A stretch of DNA of 64,000 nt. It comes from an uncultured Thermotogaceae bacterium (GTDB taxonomy: Bacteria; Bipolaricaulota; Bipolaricaulia; Bipolaricaulales; Bipolaricaulaceae). The position numbers were made by a program, and so were the translations under genes. The stretch spans positions 6,830-70,829 of the forward strand of contig CAZEYM010000005.1 in assembly GCA_964516385.1 (NCBI GenBank), written 5' to 3'. Shown here one piece after another: positions 52,859-63,238 of this stretch; position 1 is the stretch's first letter; the number at the start of each line of letters is the position of its first letter. The notes under the pieces were generated by a model that was not told the DNA's origin, did not search any database, and saw only the letters and a list, made by a program, of their open reading frames with translations.

Positions 52859-52900
52859 GAGGCCGTCGGTGGGGTTGACCCATCGGCGGCCTCTTGTATT
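52859..52900 (+). terminator. Intra-operon stem-loop / partial terminator after the binding-protein gene
   Basis: gaggccgtcgg ... tcggcggcctc (one mismatch) followed by ttgtatt. Located between the SBP stop (52827) and the permease start (52951). Confidence 0.45.
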
Positions 52901-52950
52901 ATGTCGGCGACAGATCCCCCAGCCCCTGGAGAAGAGGAGACGATGCCGGT

Positions 52951-54030
52951 ATGAGTGGAAGCTTGCTGAAGATCGCTCGGTACATGCTAATCCGCGCAGT
53001 GTTCCTGTTCATAACGGTGGTCATCGGCGTTTACCTGACGGTGCTCGTGGCCAACATGGGGGGCCATCTGGACGAGATCCGCAGGGACCAGATTACCTAT
53101 CAGATTCAGCAACAAGTGTACATGGACCCGGAGAACCGGACCCTGCCGGGGAGTGTCCTGCGGGATATCGTGGACCAACAAGCGCAGGTGGAGTTCCGCC
53201 GCCTCGGCTTGGATAAGCCGTTCTTCCCGTGGCGCAGCTTGGAGTTCTTGTGGACTGCGCTATCTCTCGATTTGGGCCGGAGCGAGCACATGACGAGCGA
53301 TTCCGGCTCGCGGATGGTGAGGAACGTCATCACTGAGAGACTCCCCCCCACGCTTCTTCTGTTCGGGACAGCCAACATGATCCTCTTTTTTGCAGGGATC
53401 GCAATCGCCTTGTCCCTGTCCCGCCGGTACGGGAGCGTCTTGGACAGAGCGGTGATCACGCTCGCTCCCACCTCAGCTGCTCCGGGGTGGTTCTACGGTT
53501 TGTTTCTCATACTGATATTCGCTGCCGTGTTGCGGGTGCTTCCGTGGGGGGGAATGGTGCAGGCGCCGCCGCCGCGGGAGCCGCTGGCCTACGCGCTTAG
53601 CCTATTACGCCATTTGGTCCTCCCCGTCACGGCGATGGTGATCGGCGCGATGTTCGGGAGCATTTACAGCTGGCGGACGTTCTTCCTCATCTACTCCAGC
53701 GAGGACTATGTGGAGCTGGCCCGGGCGAAAGGGCTCTCCGGGAGGATGATCCAGAACCGGTATATCCTGCGACCGACGCTACCCACAATCATCACGAACT
53801 TCGTGCTCATGGTCATCACCATGTGGATGGGAGCGCTTGTTTTGGAGCTCGTGTTCAACTGGCCGGGGATCGGGCGGATGTACTTGACCGCTGTGAACAT
53901 GAACGACACGCCGGTCATCGTGGGCATCATCGTGATCTACGCTTATTTGCTTGCGCTGATGGTCTGGCTGTTGGACTTCATGTACGCCCTCGTGGACCCT
54001 CGCGTGCGGGTCACTGGGGGCAGGAGGTAG
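52951..54030 (+). CDS. ABC transporter permease (DppB/OppB-like)
   Basis: MSGSLLKIARYMLIRAV start with GAGGAG upstream. EAA-type loop YVELARAKGLSGRMIQNRYILRPTLP. Confidence 0.85.
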   Translation: MSGSLLKIARYMLIRAVFLFITVVIGVYLTVLVANMGGHLDEIRRDQITYQIQQQVYMDPENRTLPGSVLRDIVDQQAQVEFRRLGLDKPFFPWRSLEFLWTALSLDLGRSEHMTSDSGSRMVRNVITERLPPTLLLFGTANMILFFAGIAIALSLSRRYGSVLDRAVITLAPTSAAPGWFYGLFLILIFAAVLRVLPWGGMVQAPPPREPLAYALSLLRHLVLPVTAMVIGAMFGSIYSWRTFFLIYSSEDYVELARAKGLSGRMIQNRYILRPTLPTIITNFVLMVITMWMGALVLELVFNWPGIGRMYLTAVNMNDTPVIVGIIVIYAYLLALMVWLLDFMYALVDPRVRVTGGRR

Positions 54031-54033
54031 GGG

Positions 54034-55389
54034 ATGAGAAACCTGCTGGCGATGCTCAAGCAAGTCAAACGCTACCCCACAGCCGTTGCGGGTCTGTTCA
54101 TCATCGTGGTGCTCGTGGGAGTAGCTATCTACACAGTGATAGCCATACCTTACAGCGAGGCCATCCGGCTGTGGCGGGGAGGACCAGAGGTCACCAGGGA
54201 GAATCCCCAACTCGCAGCGCCGGGCTGGTACGACCTGTTCACGCGGGACAGGCTGTCCCGCACCATCGTCGTCCGGGGTGTCGAGGACGCCATCAGGAGT
54301 GTGGAGCCGGCGGAGGACGGCATGGTGCGCGTGGAGATCGTGCTGCCGTTCGAGTACCGGTACGACACGCCGCCCTCGGAGATCTCCTTGTTTACCGTGA
54401 CAACGGGAATGGACGATCCGCGGACCCGCTACTCGCTGACGTGGCGAGGTCCGGACGGGGCGGAGCTTACGGTCGTGGAGAACCGGAGCGTGCGCGCCAC
54501 CGACACGTACCGTATCTCCCAGGACGGTCGCCTGCGCATGCAGCTAGGGATGGTGGCCCCGGAGGTAGGACTGCTGGGCGACAGAGACCTCCTCCCCGGG
54601 CCGGAGGGCCGCAGGCCGGTGAAGGGTGCGTACGAGGCGGTTATCGTCACTGAGATCCCCGAGGGAGCGGGGTTCAACGCGGATCTTGTTTTGTACGGCG
54701 AGATCTTCGGCATGGCCGGAACAGACCAGCGCCGACGAGATCTTGCGGTGGCGCTTCTGTGGGGCACGCCGTTGGCCTTGGTGTTCGGCCTGTTGGGCGC
54801 GGTGGGCGCCAACGTCAGCACGTTCGTGCTTGCAGGCATAAGCACTTGGTTTGGGGGAAAGATCGATGCCTTGTTCCAGCGGATCACCGAGGTGAACATG
54901 ATCTTGCCGGTCCTGCCCATCTTGGTGATGATCGGGCAGTTCTACTCCCGCAGTCTGTGGCTGATGCTGGGGTTGATCATCGCGCTGAGCATCTTCAGTG
55001 CCGGGATGAAGCTGTACCGGGCCATGTTCCTGCAGGCGAAGGAGGCGGCGTACATCGAGGCGGCGCAGGCCTACGGGGCGGGGAACTTCCGCATCATCTT
55101 CCGCTATCTCCTGCCGCGCATCGTTCCGGTGTTGCTCCCCCAGTTCGTGCTCGTGATCCCCACGTTTGTGTTCTTGGAGGCCACGTTGGCGGTCATCGGA
55201 CTGGGCGACCCTATCCTGCCCACCTGGGGCAAGGTGATCTACGACGCCCGGGTGGGAGATGCACTGTACAAGGAGTTCTACTACTGGATGGTCCAACCTG
55301 CCGTGCTGCTCATGGTCACGGGGCTGGGGTTTGCCTTGGTCGGGTACACGCTGGACCGCATATTCAACCCCAGACTGAGGAGCGTGTGA
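54034..55389 (+). CDS. ABC transporter permease (DppC/OppC-like) with long extracytoplasmic N-terminal loop
   Basis: CAGGAGG SD. TM1, then a soluble segment of about 200 aa, then the DppC-type core with YIEAAQAYGAGNFRIIFRYLLPR. Confidence 0.85.
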   Translation: MRNLLAMLKQVKRYPTAVAGLFIIVVLVGVAIYTVIAIPYSEAIRLWRGGPEVTRENPQLAAPGWYDLFTRDRLSRTIVVRGVEDAIRSVEPAEDGMVRVEIVLPFEYRYDTPPSEISLFTVTTGMDDPRTRYSLTWRGPDGAELTVVENRSVRATDTYRISQDGRLRMQLGMVAPEVGLLGDRDLLPGPEGRRPVKGAYEAVIVTEIPEGAGFNADLVLYGEIFGMAGTDQRRRDLAVALLWGTPLALVFGLLGAVGANVSTFVLAGISTWFGGKIDALFQRITEVNMILPVLPILVMIGQFYSRSLWLMLGLIIALSIFSAGMKLYRAMFLQAKEAAYIEAAQAYGAGNFRIIFRYLLPRIVPVLLPQFVLVIPTFVFLEATLAVIGLGDPILPTWGKVIYDARVGDALYKEFYYWMVQPAVLLMVTGLGFALVGYTLDRIFNPRLRSV

Positions 55390-55390
55390 C

Positions 55391-56356
55391 ATGGCCGGCG
55401 AGAACGGACTGCTGAACGTAGAGGACCTCAAGCTGTACTTCCGCACCAGAAAGGGCGTGGTGCAAGCCGTGGACGGGGTGAGTTTCGCCATGGACCGTGG
55501 GCCGGCCATGGTCGTGGTCGGTGAGTCGGGCTGTGGCAAGAGCACATTGGCACGGGCGGTGCTGCGGCTCCTTCCGCGCAATGTGCACACGTACACGGGC
55601 AAGGTCCTGCTGAACGGAGATGATGTCATGCGCTTGGGGGAGGAAAGGTTCCGCCGCCAGGTGAGGTGGGTAAAGATGGCTTTGGTTTCGCAGGCGGCGA
55701 TGAACTCGCTGAACCCCGTGGTCAAGGTGGGTGACCAGGTGGCAGAGCCGTTGCTGGTGCACCGGCGGGCGGCGAACAAGCGGGAGGCACTGCAGCGAGC
55801 GGCGGAGGCTTTCTCTCTGGTGGGCGTGTCTGCGGATTTCTTGTCCCGCTATCCGTTCGAGCTTTCCGGCGGCATGCGCCAGCGGGTGGTGCTGGCGATG
55901 GCTCTGGTTACGAACCCGGACCTTGTGTTCCTGGATGAACCTACGAGCGCGTTGGATGTTCTTACGCAGACGAACATCATGAACGTGCTGAAGGGGATCA
56001 AGAGAGACCTCGGGATGACCTTCATCCTGATCACGCACGACATCGCCACCTCCAGCGAGCTGGCCGACCGGGCTGCGGTGATGTATGCGGGTCACCTGGT
56101 GGAGCTATCGGACGCGGAGGTTTTCTTCAGCCAGCCGAGGCATCCGTATTCAGAGAGGCTGATGGCTAGCGTCCCCACCCTGAGGGAGGACAAGGATCTT
56201 GCGTTCATCCCGGGGCAGCCTCCCACGCTGCTGGGGCCGCCCGAGGGCTGCCGGTTCGCCGAGCGTTGCCCGTCTCGCTTTGAGAGGTGCGATGAGGAGC
56301 CCCCCATGGTGAAAGTGGAGGAGGGCCATGAGGTCAAGTGCTGGCTGTACGTGTGA
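55391..56356 (+). CDS. ABC transporter ATP-binding protein (DppD/OppD-like)
   Basis: Walker A GESGCGKST, signature LSGGMRQR, Walker B VFLDEPTSALD. C-terminal oligopeptide-type extension with Cys residues. Confidence 0.9.
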   Translation: MAGENGLLNVEDLKLYFRTRKGVVQAVDGVSFAMDRGPAMVVVGESGCGKSTLARAVLRLLPRNVHTYTGKVLLNGDDVMRLGEERFRRQVRWVKMALVSQAAMNSLNPVVKVGDQVAEPLLVHRRAANKREALQRAAEAFSLVGVSADFLSRYPFELSGGMRQRVVLAMALVTNPDLVFLDEPTSALDVLTQTNIMNVLKGIKRDLGMTFILITHDIATSSELADRAAVMYAGHLVELSDAEVFFSQPRHPYSERLMASVPTLREDKDLAFIPGQPPTLLGPPEGCRFAERCPSRFERCDEEPPMVKVEEGHEVKCWLYV

Positions 56357-56365
56357 GGCGATGAC

Positions 56366-57376
56366 ATGGACAACAATGCGTTGTTGAGCGTACGAGAGCT
56401 GAAGACGTGGTACGAGATCCGCAAATGGGGTCTGATCCTCGCCGGCCACGTGCGGGCGGTGGACGGCGTTTCCTTCGACCTAAGGCACGGTGAGGCCATC
56501 GCGCTGGTGGGAGAGTCGGGCTGCGGCAAGAGCACGCTGGCCAAGACCATGGTCGGGCTGGAGCCTCCCACGGGGGGCAAGGTGCGCTTCGACGGTGAGC
56601 TCCTCGACGGCAAGGGAAAGCCGGACTTGCGCCGTTACCGATCGAAGGTGGGCTTTGTCCAGCAAGATCCCTATGGTGCGCTGCCGCCGTTTATGACTGT
56701 GGGGCGGGCGTTGCTGGAACCGATGATCATCAATCGCGTAGGCAAGGGCCAGGAGAGAAGGCAGCGGATTAGGGAAGTGCTGCAGGAGGTCAAGATGACC
56801 CCGGTGGAGGACTTCTTGAACAAGTACCCCCACATGCTCTCTGGCGGGCAGCAGCAGCGCATCGTCATCGCTCGAGCGATGGTGCTGGAGCCCAAGCTGT
56901 TGGTGGCCGATGAGCCGGTGTCCATGCTTGACGCTTCCGTGCGGGTGGAGATCCTCGAGGTTATGCGCAAGATCCAAAAGAGCCATGATCTGGGGGTGTT
57001 GTACATCACGCACGATCTGTCCACGGTGCGGTATTTCTCGGAGCATGCCTTTGTCATGTACGCGGCCAAGCTGGTGGAGAAAGCAGAGGTCAAGGAGCTC
57101 GTCCACAACCCGCTGCACCCTTACGCGCAGGCGCTGTTGGAGGCGATTCCAGATCCCAAGGCGGAGAACGCCCACGTGATGAAGGACGTCCCCACAGGCG
57201 AGCCGCCGAGCCTGATGCATCCTCCCGCCGGGTGTCGGTTTCACCCTCGCTGTCCGCACATCATCGAAGGAACGTGTGACGTGGATGAGCCCCCCGCTTT
57301 TGAGCCCCGCCCGGGACACTTGGTCGAGTGCTGGCTGTACCGAGATGGAGGCGATGGGGATGGAGAAACCGCTTAG
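56366..57376 (+). CDS. ABC transporter ATP-binding protein (DppF/OppF-like)
   Basis: Walker A GESGCGKST, signature LSGGQQQR, Walker B LVADEPVSMLD. C-terminal PPAGCRFHPRCP motif. Confidence 0.9.
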   Translation: MDNNALLSVRELKTWYEIRKWGLILAGHVRAVDGVSFDLRHGEAIALVGESGCGKSTLAKTMVGLEPPTGGKVRFDGELLDGKGKPDLRRYRSKVGFVQQDPYGALPPFMTVGRALLEPMIINRVGKGQERRQRIREVLQEVKMTPVEDFLNKYPHMLSGGQQQRIVIARAMVLEPKLLVADEPVSMLDASVRVEILEVMRKIQKSHDLGVLYITHDLSTVRYFSEHAFVMYAAKLVEKAEVKELVHNPLHPYAQALLEAIPDPKAENAHVMKDVPTGEPPSLMHPPAGCRFHPRCPHIIEGTCDVDEPPAFEPRPGHLVECWLYRDGGDGDGETA

Positions 57377-57560
57377 GCTCATCCTGTTGGGTTTTGTGTG
57401 CGTCACCGGCGGCTGGGCGGCGTTGTTTTTGATGGTGCTCGGGGTTCTGCCCTCTCCCCTTACGCTGAGCGTTGGAGCATATTGTACTTCAACCTTGGGG
57501 CTGTTCCTGGGGTTGCTGGGAGGCGCCGGCTACGTGCGTGAGCGCCGCGGAGACCACTGA
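57360..57560 (+). CDS. Small two-TM membrane protein
   Basis: MEKPLRLILLGFVCVTGGWAALFLMVLGV...LGLFLGLLGGAGY. GGAGG lies 8 nt upstream of ATG 57360. Overlaps the last 17 nt of the ATPase gene. Confidence 0.4.
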   Translation: MEKPLRLILLGFVCVTGGWAALFLMVLGVLPSPLTLSVGAYCTSTLGLFLGLLGGAGYVRERRGDH

Positions 57561-57572
57561 CAGTAAACCTGT

Positions 57573-58385
57573 TCAGGCGAGGCGTGGGAGGAGGGCAGCG
57601 AGCAGGCGGCTCAGGTCGTCGGCCTTGCGACTGGTGGTCTCCACTACTTCCTCGTGGGACAGCGGTTCCGCGGACACTCCGGCGGCGAGGTTCGTGACGC
57701 AGGAGATCCCCAACACAGAAAGGCTGGCATGGCGAGCGGCGATGACCTCGGGGACGGTTGACATACCCACGAGGTCGGCGCCCAAACGGGCGAAGGCTTT
57801 GATCTCGGTAGGAGTCTCGTAGGAGGGCCCCAGGGTGGCCACGTACACCCCTTCCTTGAGCGTGATCCCCAAGTCTCTTCCCACCTCCGACGCTACGGCA
57901 CGAAGCCGCTTGCTGTAGGCCTCAGACATGTCGGGGAATCTGGGGCCCAGGAAATCGAGGTTGGGGCCCCGGAGAGGGTTCTCGCCCAGCATGTTGATGT
58001 GGTCGGTGATGAGCACGAGGTCACCGGGGTTGAGCCCAGCGGAGATCCCTCCGGAGGCGTTGGTTATGACCAGATTGCGCACTCCCAGATGTGCATACAC
58101 GCGGACGGGGAAGACCACATCGGCCAGGGAGTAACCTTCGTAGTAGTGGACTCGCCCCCGCTGGACGAGCACAGTGATGTCAGCGAGTTTCCCGATCTCC
58201 ACCTGGCCTGTGTGCCCGGCCACTGAAGGACGGGGAAAGCCCGGAATCTGACCAAAAGGAAGCACGGTGGGGTCTGCCAACTGCAGAACCCCGGACAACC
58301 CCGAGCCCAGAACCACGGCAGTCTCTGGTCGTCCCGACTCCGCCAAAGCGGAAGCAGCTTGCGCAATTTGTGTCTCGTTCTTCAC
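57573..58385 (-). CDS. punA: Purine nucleoside phosphorylase (PunA/PNP family)
   Basis: VVLGSGL, GFPRPSVAGHTG, GPRFPDMS and GMSTVPEV motifs. Confidence 0.9.
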   Translation of the reverse strand: MKNETQIAQAASALAESGRPETAVVLGSGLSGVLQLADPTVLPFGQIPGFPRPSVAGHTGQVEIGKLADITVLVQRGRVHYYEGYSLADVVFPVRVYAHLGVRNLVITNASGGISAGLNPGDLVLITDHINMLGENPLRGPNLDFLGPRFPDMSEAYSKRLRAVASEVGRDLGITLKEGVYVATLGPSYETPTEIKAFARLGADLVGMSTVPEVIAARHASLSVLGISCVTNLAAGVSAEPLSHEEVVETTSRKADDLSRLLAALLPRLA

Positions 58386-59458
58386 AGTCCCTCCAGAGAT
58401 GAGGCATAGCCGGTCTTCAATCTCTGCAATCCCGACTTGATGGCCCGCGCGCGCACCTCGGCGATGCCTTTGATGCGCTGCAGCTGTCGATGGTTCGTCC
58501 GCTCCACTTGGTCCAGCGTACCCATCTCGTCGACCAATCGCTCGATTACTGGCATCGGAAGCCGGGGGACCTTTGACAGTAGGCGGTAGCCCCGTGAGGG
58601 GATTGCCCTCTCTAAATCATCCTCGTCCCGGAAGCCCAACGGGCGCAGCACTCCCTCTGGGGACAGGCGTTGTTCGCTGTCCAGGGCCATGATCTCTTGC
58701 ACGACCTCTCGTGCTGGGCGGACCGGCGGGCGCTGGAAGTCCATGATGATCAGCTCCAGCTCCCCGCGCACTCCTCGCAGCAGGCCGCGCAGCTGTCGCT
58801 CGGGAAGCTCCCTGTGGGTGCCGAGCTCCACGAACAACCGTTTGAGCTCCTCCTCCAGCTCCAGCATCTGGATCATCTTCTGGATTACTGTGCCCACGTG
58901 ATAGGGAAGCACCCGGCGCTCGAATTCCAAGGGCGCCAGCTCGCTGAGGAGCTCCCGCAGCTCACCACGGTAGCGGTCGAGGATCAGCAGGGCCTGGGAG
59001 GCCTGGGGGAGAAGCGTGAGCGGCTCTTGCAGCTCGTGCTCCCACTCCCCGACGTACAGAGTGACTCTGCGTCGCTCCTCGGAGATCGCCACTACGGGGA
59101 TGTCCAGCTGGCGAGCTGTCTGCTCTGCCACCCGGTGGCGTGTTCCTGTCTCCTGCGAGGGGATGGTGGGGTTGGGAACCAGATGTGCATTGGCGAACAA
59201 GATGGTGCGCAAGGACTGATCGGCGACTACGGCGCGGTCCATCTTGGCTAGCTCCGCCACCCCCTGTGGGGTGAACGGGGCGTCGAGGACGAAGCCAGCT
59301 GCTATGAGAGGGGATATCACTTCGCGGTCGGCGATGACGATAAGCCCCCCCCTGCCGAGTTCCACTATGCGGTCGATGGCTTCCCGCAATGGGGTGCCTG
59401 GCGCGGTGCGCTCGAGGAACTTCTCCAGATCGGGAGCTCGCGCAGACGTTGTTCTCAT
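58382..59458 (-). CDS. disA: DNA integrity scanning protein DisA (diadenylate cyclase)
   Basis: DAC domain GGLIVI and GTRHRVAEQ, a linker, and a C-terminal HhH (LQRIKGIAEVRARAI). ATGA overlaps at both ends. Confidence 0.9.
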   Translation of the reverse strand: MRTTSARAPDLEKFLERTAPGTPLREAIDRIVELGRGGLIVIADREVISPLIAAGFVLDAPFTPQGVAELAKMDRAVVADQSLRTILFANAHLVPNPTIPSQETGTRHRVAEQTARQLDIPVVAISEERRRVTLYVGEWEHELQEPLTLLPQASQALLILDRYRGELRELLSELAPLEFERRVLPYHVGTVIQKMIQMLELEEELKRLFVELGTHRELPERQLRGLLRGVRGELELIIMDFQRPPVRPAREVVQEIMALDSEQRLSPEGVLRPLGFRDEDDLERAIPSRGYRLLSKVPRLPMPVIERLVDEMGTLDQVERTNHRQLQRIKGIAEVRARAIKSGLQRLKTGYASSLEGL

Positions 59459-60783
59459 GTCAGCTCCAACGCGTTTGCAGCCTCCTGTACGGTGCGGACT
59501 TGGTTCACCTCCAAGGGTACAGAAGATGGCAGGGATTGCACAGGCGTGACTGCCCGCCGAAAGCCGAGCTTGGCCACCTCCCGCAGCCGCTCGGGTCCCC
59601 TGCGCACTGGACGGATGTCCCCGGCCAGCCCTACCTCCCCGAGCACCACTGTGTGCGCTGGGAGAGCTCTCACTCGCAGGCTGGAAAGGATGGAGGCAAC
59701 CACACCGAGGTCGCAGGCCGGTTCCCGCACTTCCAGGCCTCCGGCAACCGCCAAGTAGCAGTCCTGCATCCCCATGTGGATTCCCAGGTGCTTCTCCAGC
59801 ACTGCCAGCAACACGAGCACACGATTGAGGTCAAGCCCGGCGCCGCGCCGTTGAGGGGGTCCGTAGCCGGAGGCTGGCGACACCAGCGCCTGCACTTCCA
59901 CCAACAACGTCCGCGACCCCTCCAACACGGGGACGATTGCCGAGCCGGGCTGCTCGGTCCCCTTGGCCGACAAGAAGAACGTGGACGGATTGGCCACTTC
60001 GACCAGACCGGTGTCCCCCATGCGCAGTACAGCCACCTCGTCGGTGGCCCCGAAGCGGTTCTTGACCGAACGTATGATCCGCAGTTCACCGTCTCGGGAA
60101 CCTTCCAAGTACAGGGCCACGTCCACCAGGTGCTCCACTGTTTTCGGGCCGGCGAACTCCCCTCCCTTGGTGATGTGGGAGACGAGGAAACAGATGAGGC
60201 CTGCTGACTTGGCCAACCTGGCGAGCACCCCCGCCGCCTCGCGCACCTGGGCTATCGCTCCCAGATCGCCCCCCTCCTGCCGCGCGCGGACCGTCTGCAA
60301 CGAATCCACCACCAAGGCCACCGGCGTGAGTTCCTCCACGGCGCGAAGTATGGGAAGCATGTCCTGCTCGGAGAGCACGTACAGGCTGTCCTCGGGGAGT
60401 CCCAGGCGCTGGGCACGGAGCTTCAGCTGAGCGGGGGACTCCTCACCGGATATGTACAGTACGCTCCCCTGATGTGTAGCCAGGGCGCCAGCAAGCTGAA
60501 GGAGGAACGTGGACTTCCCTACGCCTGGTTCCCCGCCCACCAGCACCACAGACCCGGGGATGAGCCCTCCGCCGAGCAAACGGTCCGTCTCTGGGAGCCC
60601 TGTAGGCAAGCGTGTCTTGGACAGCGCCTCTACCCGGGCAAGTGGGAGAGCTCCTTGCCGGCCATGAGGGGAGTCGGCTCCAGGGGATTCCGCTTGGACG
60701 AACGACTCCCACACGCCACAGCTGGGACAGCGCCCGAGCCACTTGGGGGAGACATACCCGCAGCCTTTACACCTGTAGGGCAT
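59455..60783 (-). CDS. radA: DNA repair protein RadA/Sms
   Basis: Zinc finger CKGCGYVSPKWLGRCPSCGVW, Walker A GGEPGVGKST, KNRFG motif, and a Lon-like C-domain. Confidence 0.9.
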   Translation of the reverse strand: MPYRCKGCGYVSPKWLGRCPSCGVWESFVQAESPGADSPHGRQGALPLARVEALSKTRLPTGLPETDRLLGGGLIPGSVVLVGGEPGVGKSTFLLQLAGALATHQGSVLYISGEESPAQLKLRAQRLGLPEDSLYVLSEQDMLPILRAVEELTPVALVVDSLQTVRARQEGGDLGAIAQVREAAGVLARLAKSAGLICFLVSHITKGGEFAGPKTVEHLVDVALYLEGSRDGELRIIRSVKNRFGATDEVAVLRMGDTGLVEVANPSTFFLSAKGTEQPGSAIVPVLEGSRTLLVEVQALVSPASGYGPPQRRGAGLDLNRVLVLLAVLEKHLGIHMGMQDCYLAVAGGLEVREPACDLGVVASILSSLRVRALPAHTVVLGEVGLAGDIRPVRRGPERLREVAKLGFRRAVTPVQSLPSSVPLEVNQVRTVQEAANALELT

Positions 60784-60793
60784 CCCGGCGTGC

Positions 60794-63208
60794 CTAGTCC
60801 TTGCGGAAGGTCATCTCCTCTCCTTCCGCCTCCACTAGGACACGGCAGGCATCGGGGAACTCCTTGGTGAGTATCTTCTCGGACATGGGGTCCTCGATCA
60901 GCCGTTCGATGGCTCTGCGCATGGGGCGCGCGCCGTACTTGGCGTCGTAGCCTTGCTCGATGAGAAGCTCCCGCGCCGAATCGGTTAGCACAAGCTCGAT
61001 CTCGTGCTCGTCGGCCAGGCGTTGCCGCAGCTGGGAGAGGAGGAGCTCTGCTATGTTGGCCAGCTGTTCCTTGGTCAGCGAGTGGAAGACGATCACATCG
61101 TCGAGGCGGTTGAGGAACTCGGGGGAGAATAGCTCCTTCACCTGCCCCATCACCCTGGACTTCATGTCTCGATACGCGTCAACTGTCTCCACTTCTTCGG
61201 TGCTGAATCCCAGGGCGGAGCGGTCGGTGATCAGCTTGCCACCTACGTTCGAGGTCATGATGAGCACAGTGTTTCGGAAGTCCACCTTGCGTCCCTGTGC
61301 GTCGGTGAGAATGCCGTCGTCCATTACCTGCAACAGGATATTAAACACGTCGCGATGTGCCTTCTCGATCTCGTCGAACAGGATCACCGAGTACGGGCGG
61401 CGCCGCACTGCCTCGGTGAGCTCTCCCGCCTCTTCGTAGCCCACGTAGCCGGGGGGTGCACCCAGCAGCCGGCTCACGGCAAATCTCTCCATGTACTCGG
61501 ACATGTCGATGCGGATCAAGGCGTCCTCGTCGCCGAACAGGAACGCGGCAAGCGTTCTTGCAAGCTCGGTCTTCCCCACGCCCGTGGGGCCGAGGAACAA
61601 GAACGAGCCGATCGGCCGACGGGGATCCTTCACCCCGGCGTAAGCACGCCGGATCGCTCGACACACCGCCCGCACAGCCTCTTCTTGGCCCACGAGTCGC
61701 TCGTGTACCCGGTCCTCCATGTGGACGAGGCGCGCTGTGTCCTCCTCCTGTAGGTGTCGGACCGGGATTCCCGTCCAGTCGGCCACGGTCTCGGCGATGT
61801 CCTGTCCTGTAACTGCTGGCGCTTCGGGGAAGGACTGGGGATCTTGCTCCAGAGACCGAATGCGCTCCATCAAACTCGTCCTGCGGTCGCGGAGCTTGGC
61901 TGCCAGCTCGTAGTCCTGCGCTGCCACCGCTTCCTCTTCCTGGTCCTCCAGATCCGCCACTTCGCCCATGAGCTCCCGCGCCTCTGGGGGGAGGTCGGTG
62001 GCTGCCAGCCGGACGCGCGCTGCGGTCTCGTCCATGAGGTCCACCGCCTTGTCCGGGAGAAACTGGTCAGTGAGATACCGGTCGGCCAGCCTGGCAGCCT
62101 GACGCAGCGCGTCGTCGCCGATCTTGACGCTGTGGTGTTGCTCGTACTTGGGCCTCAGTCCTTTGAGCACCTTGATGGTCTCCTCGACGGAGGTCTCCTC
62201 CACATAGAGAGTCTTGAAGCGACGCTTGAGGGCGGGGTCTTTCTCGATTGACTTACGGTACTCGTCTGGCGTAGCGGTGCCGATGCACTGAATGGCGCCC
62301 GAGGCCAGGGGTGGTTTGAGGATGGCTGAGGCGTCTATTGCCCCCTCCGCCCCGCCGGCTCCCACCACGCTCTGCAGCTCATCGATGAACAGGATGATGT
62401 TGTCCGAGCTCATGACGTGGTTCAGGATGTTCTTCAGCCTTTGTTCGAACTCCCCGCGGTACTTCGTCCCCGCCACCACGCCGGCCATGTCCAGCTCTAC
62501 CAGCTCCTTGTCCGATAAGGCCATGGGTACGTCGCCGGCTGCAATGCGCTGAGCCAGTCCCTCAACGATGGCCGTCTTGCCCACGCCCGACTCTCCGATC
62601 AAGGCGGGGTTGTTCTTCTTCCGCCGGCACAGAATCTGGACCACGCGGTCCATTTGGACATCGCGACCGATGACCGGGTCGAGAAGACCATTCTCTGCCT
62701 CCTCTACCAGGTTGCGGCCGAATTCGCCCAGTTCGCTGGGCAGCCGTTGTGACTTGGCGCTGCGCACTTGAACCCGTCCGCGACGGGGGAAGAAGTGGTT
62801 GCGCGCGGTGCGTAGGTCCACGCCGTGGGCGCGCAACACCTCGGCGGCGGTACACTCCCCTTCCCGCAAGATGGCCAGCACGAGATGCTCAGGTTCTATG
62901 GGGTCTGAGCCCTCCCTGCGCGCCTCCTCGTAGGACAGCTTCATCACTCGGCGCAGCCTTTGAGTCGGCTCAAGATCCTCGGAGGGCAGACGAAGTTTTC
63001 CTTTGCCCTTCTGCCTTTCCAGAATGCGGGAGACCCTGTCGTAGGTGAGGCCGTGTTCGCTCAGGAAGCGCTGCACGCGCGTGCCTTCCGTCTTCAGAAG
63101 GGCTAGCAGAAGGTGCTCGCTTCCCACGTAGCGGTGACGCCACTCCCCTGCCTCATCCTGCGAGGCAGCGAGCAGCTTCATAGCCTCCTTGGAGAATTTC
63201 TCGTACAT
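60794..63208 (-). CDS. clpC: ATP-dependent Clp protease ATP-binding subunit ClpC
   Basis: Double Clp_N repeat, two AAA modules (GESGVGKT; GPTGVGKT) and a UVR-like linker between them. 804 aa. Confidence 0.9.
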   Translation of the reverse strand: MYEKFSKEAMKLLAASQDEAGEWRHRYVGSEHLLLALLKTEGTRVQRFLSEHGLTYDRVSRILERQKGKGKLRLPSEDLEPTQRLRRVMKLSYEEARREGSDPIEPEHLVLAILREGECTAAEVLRAHGVDLRTARNHFFPRRGRVQVRSAKSQRLPSELGEFGRNLVEEAENGLLDPVIGRDVQMDRVVQILCRRKKNNPALIGESGVGKTAIVEGLAQRIAAGDVPMALSDKELVELDMAGVVAGTKYRGEFEQRLKNILNHVMSSDNIILFIDELQSVVGAGGAEGAIDASAILKPPLASGAIQCIGTATPDEYRKSIEKDPALKRRFKTLYVEETSVEETIKVLKGLRPKYEQHHSVKIGDDALRQAARLADRYLTDQFLPDKAVDLMDETAARVRLAATDLPPEARELMGEVADLEDQEEEAVAAQDYELAAKLRDRRTSLMERIRSLEQDPQSFPEAPAVTGQDIAETVADWTGIPVRHLQEEDTARLVHMEDRVHERLVGQEEAVRAVCRAIRRAYAGVKDPRRPIGSFLFLGPTGVGKTELARTLAAFLFGDEDALIRIDMSEYMERFAVSRLLGAPPGYVGYEEAGELTEAVRRRPYSVILFDEIEKAHRDVFNILLQVMDDGILTDAQGRKVDFRNTVLIMTSNVGGKLITDRSALGFSTEEVETVDAYRDMKSRVMGQVKELFSPEFLNRLDDVIVFHSLTKEQLANIAELLLSQLRQRLADEHEIELVLTDSARELLIEQGYDAKYGARPMRRAIERLIEDPMSEKILTKEFPDACRVLVEAEGEEMTFRKD

Positions 63209-63238
63209 AGGTTGCTGCCCTCCATCATTGCGCTTTCA

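Noticed and set aside
54544-55779. 411-aa ORF antisense to the DppC-like permease and DppD-like ATPase genes
   Set aside because: It spans a gene boundary on the opposite strand and has no motifs. It is a high-GC antisense artefact.
56480-57406. 308-aa ORF antisense to the DppF-like ATPase
   Set aside because: Same reasoning: the sense strand carries Walker A, signature and Walker B motifs, and the antisense has none.
63209-63238. CtsR operator upstream of clpC
   Set aside because: No GGTCAAA direct repeat is present in the 30-nt gap. clpC may be co-transcribed with pth.
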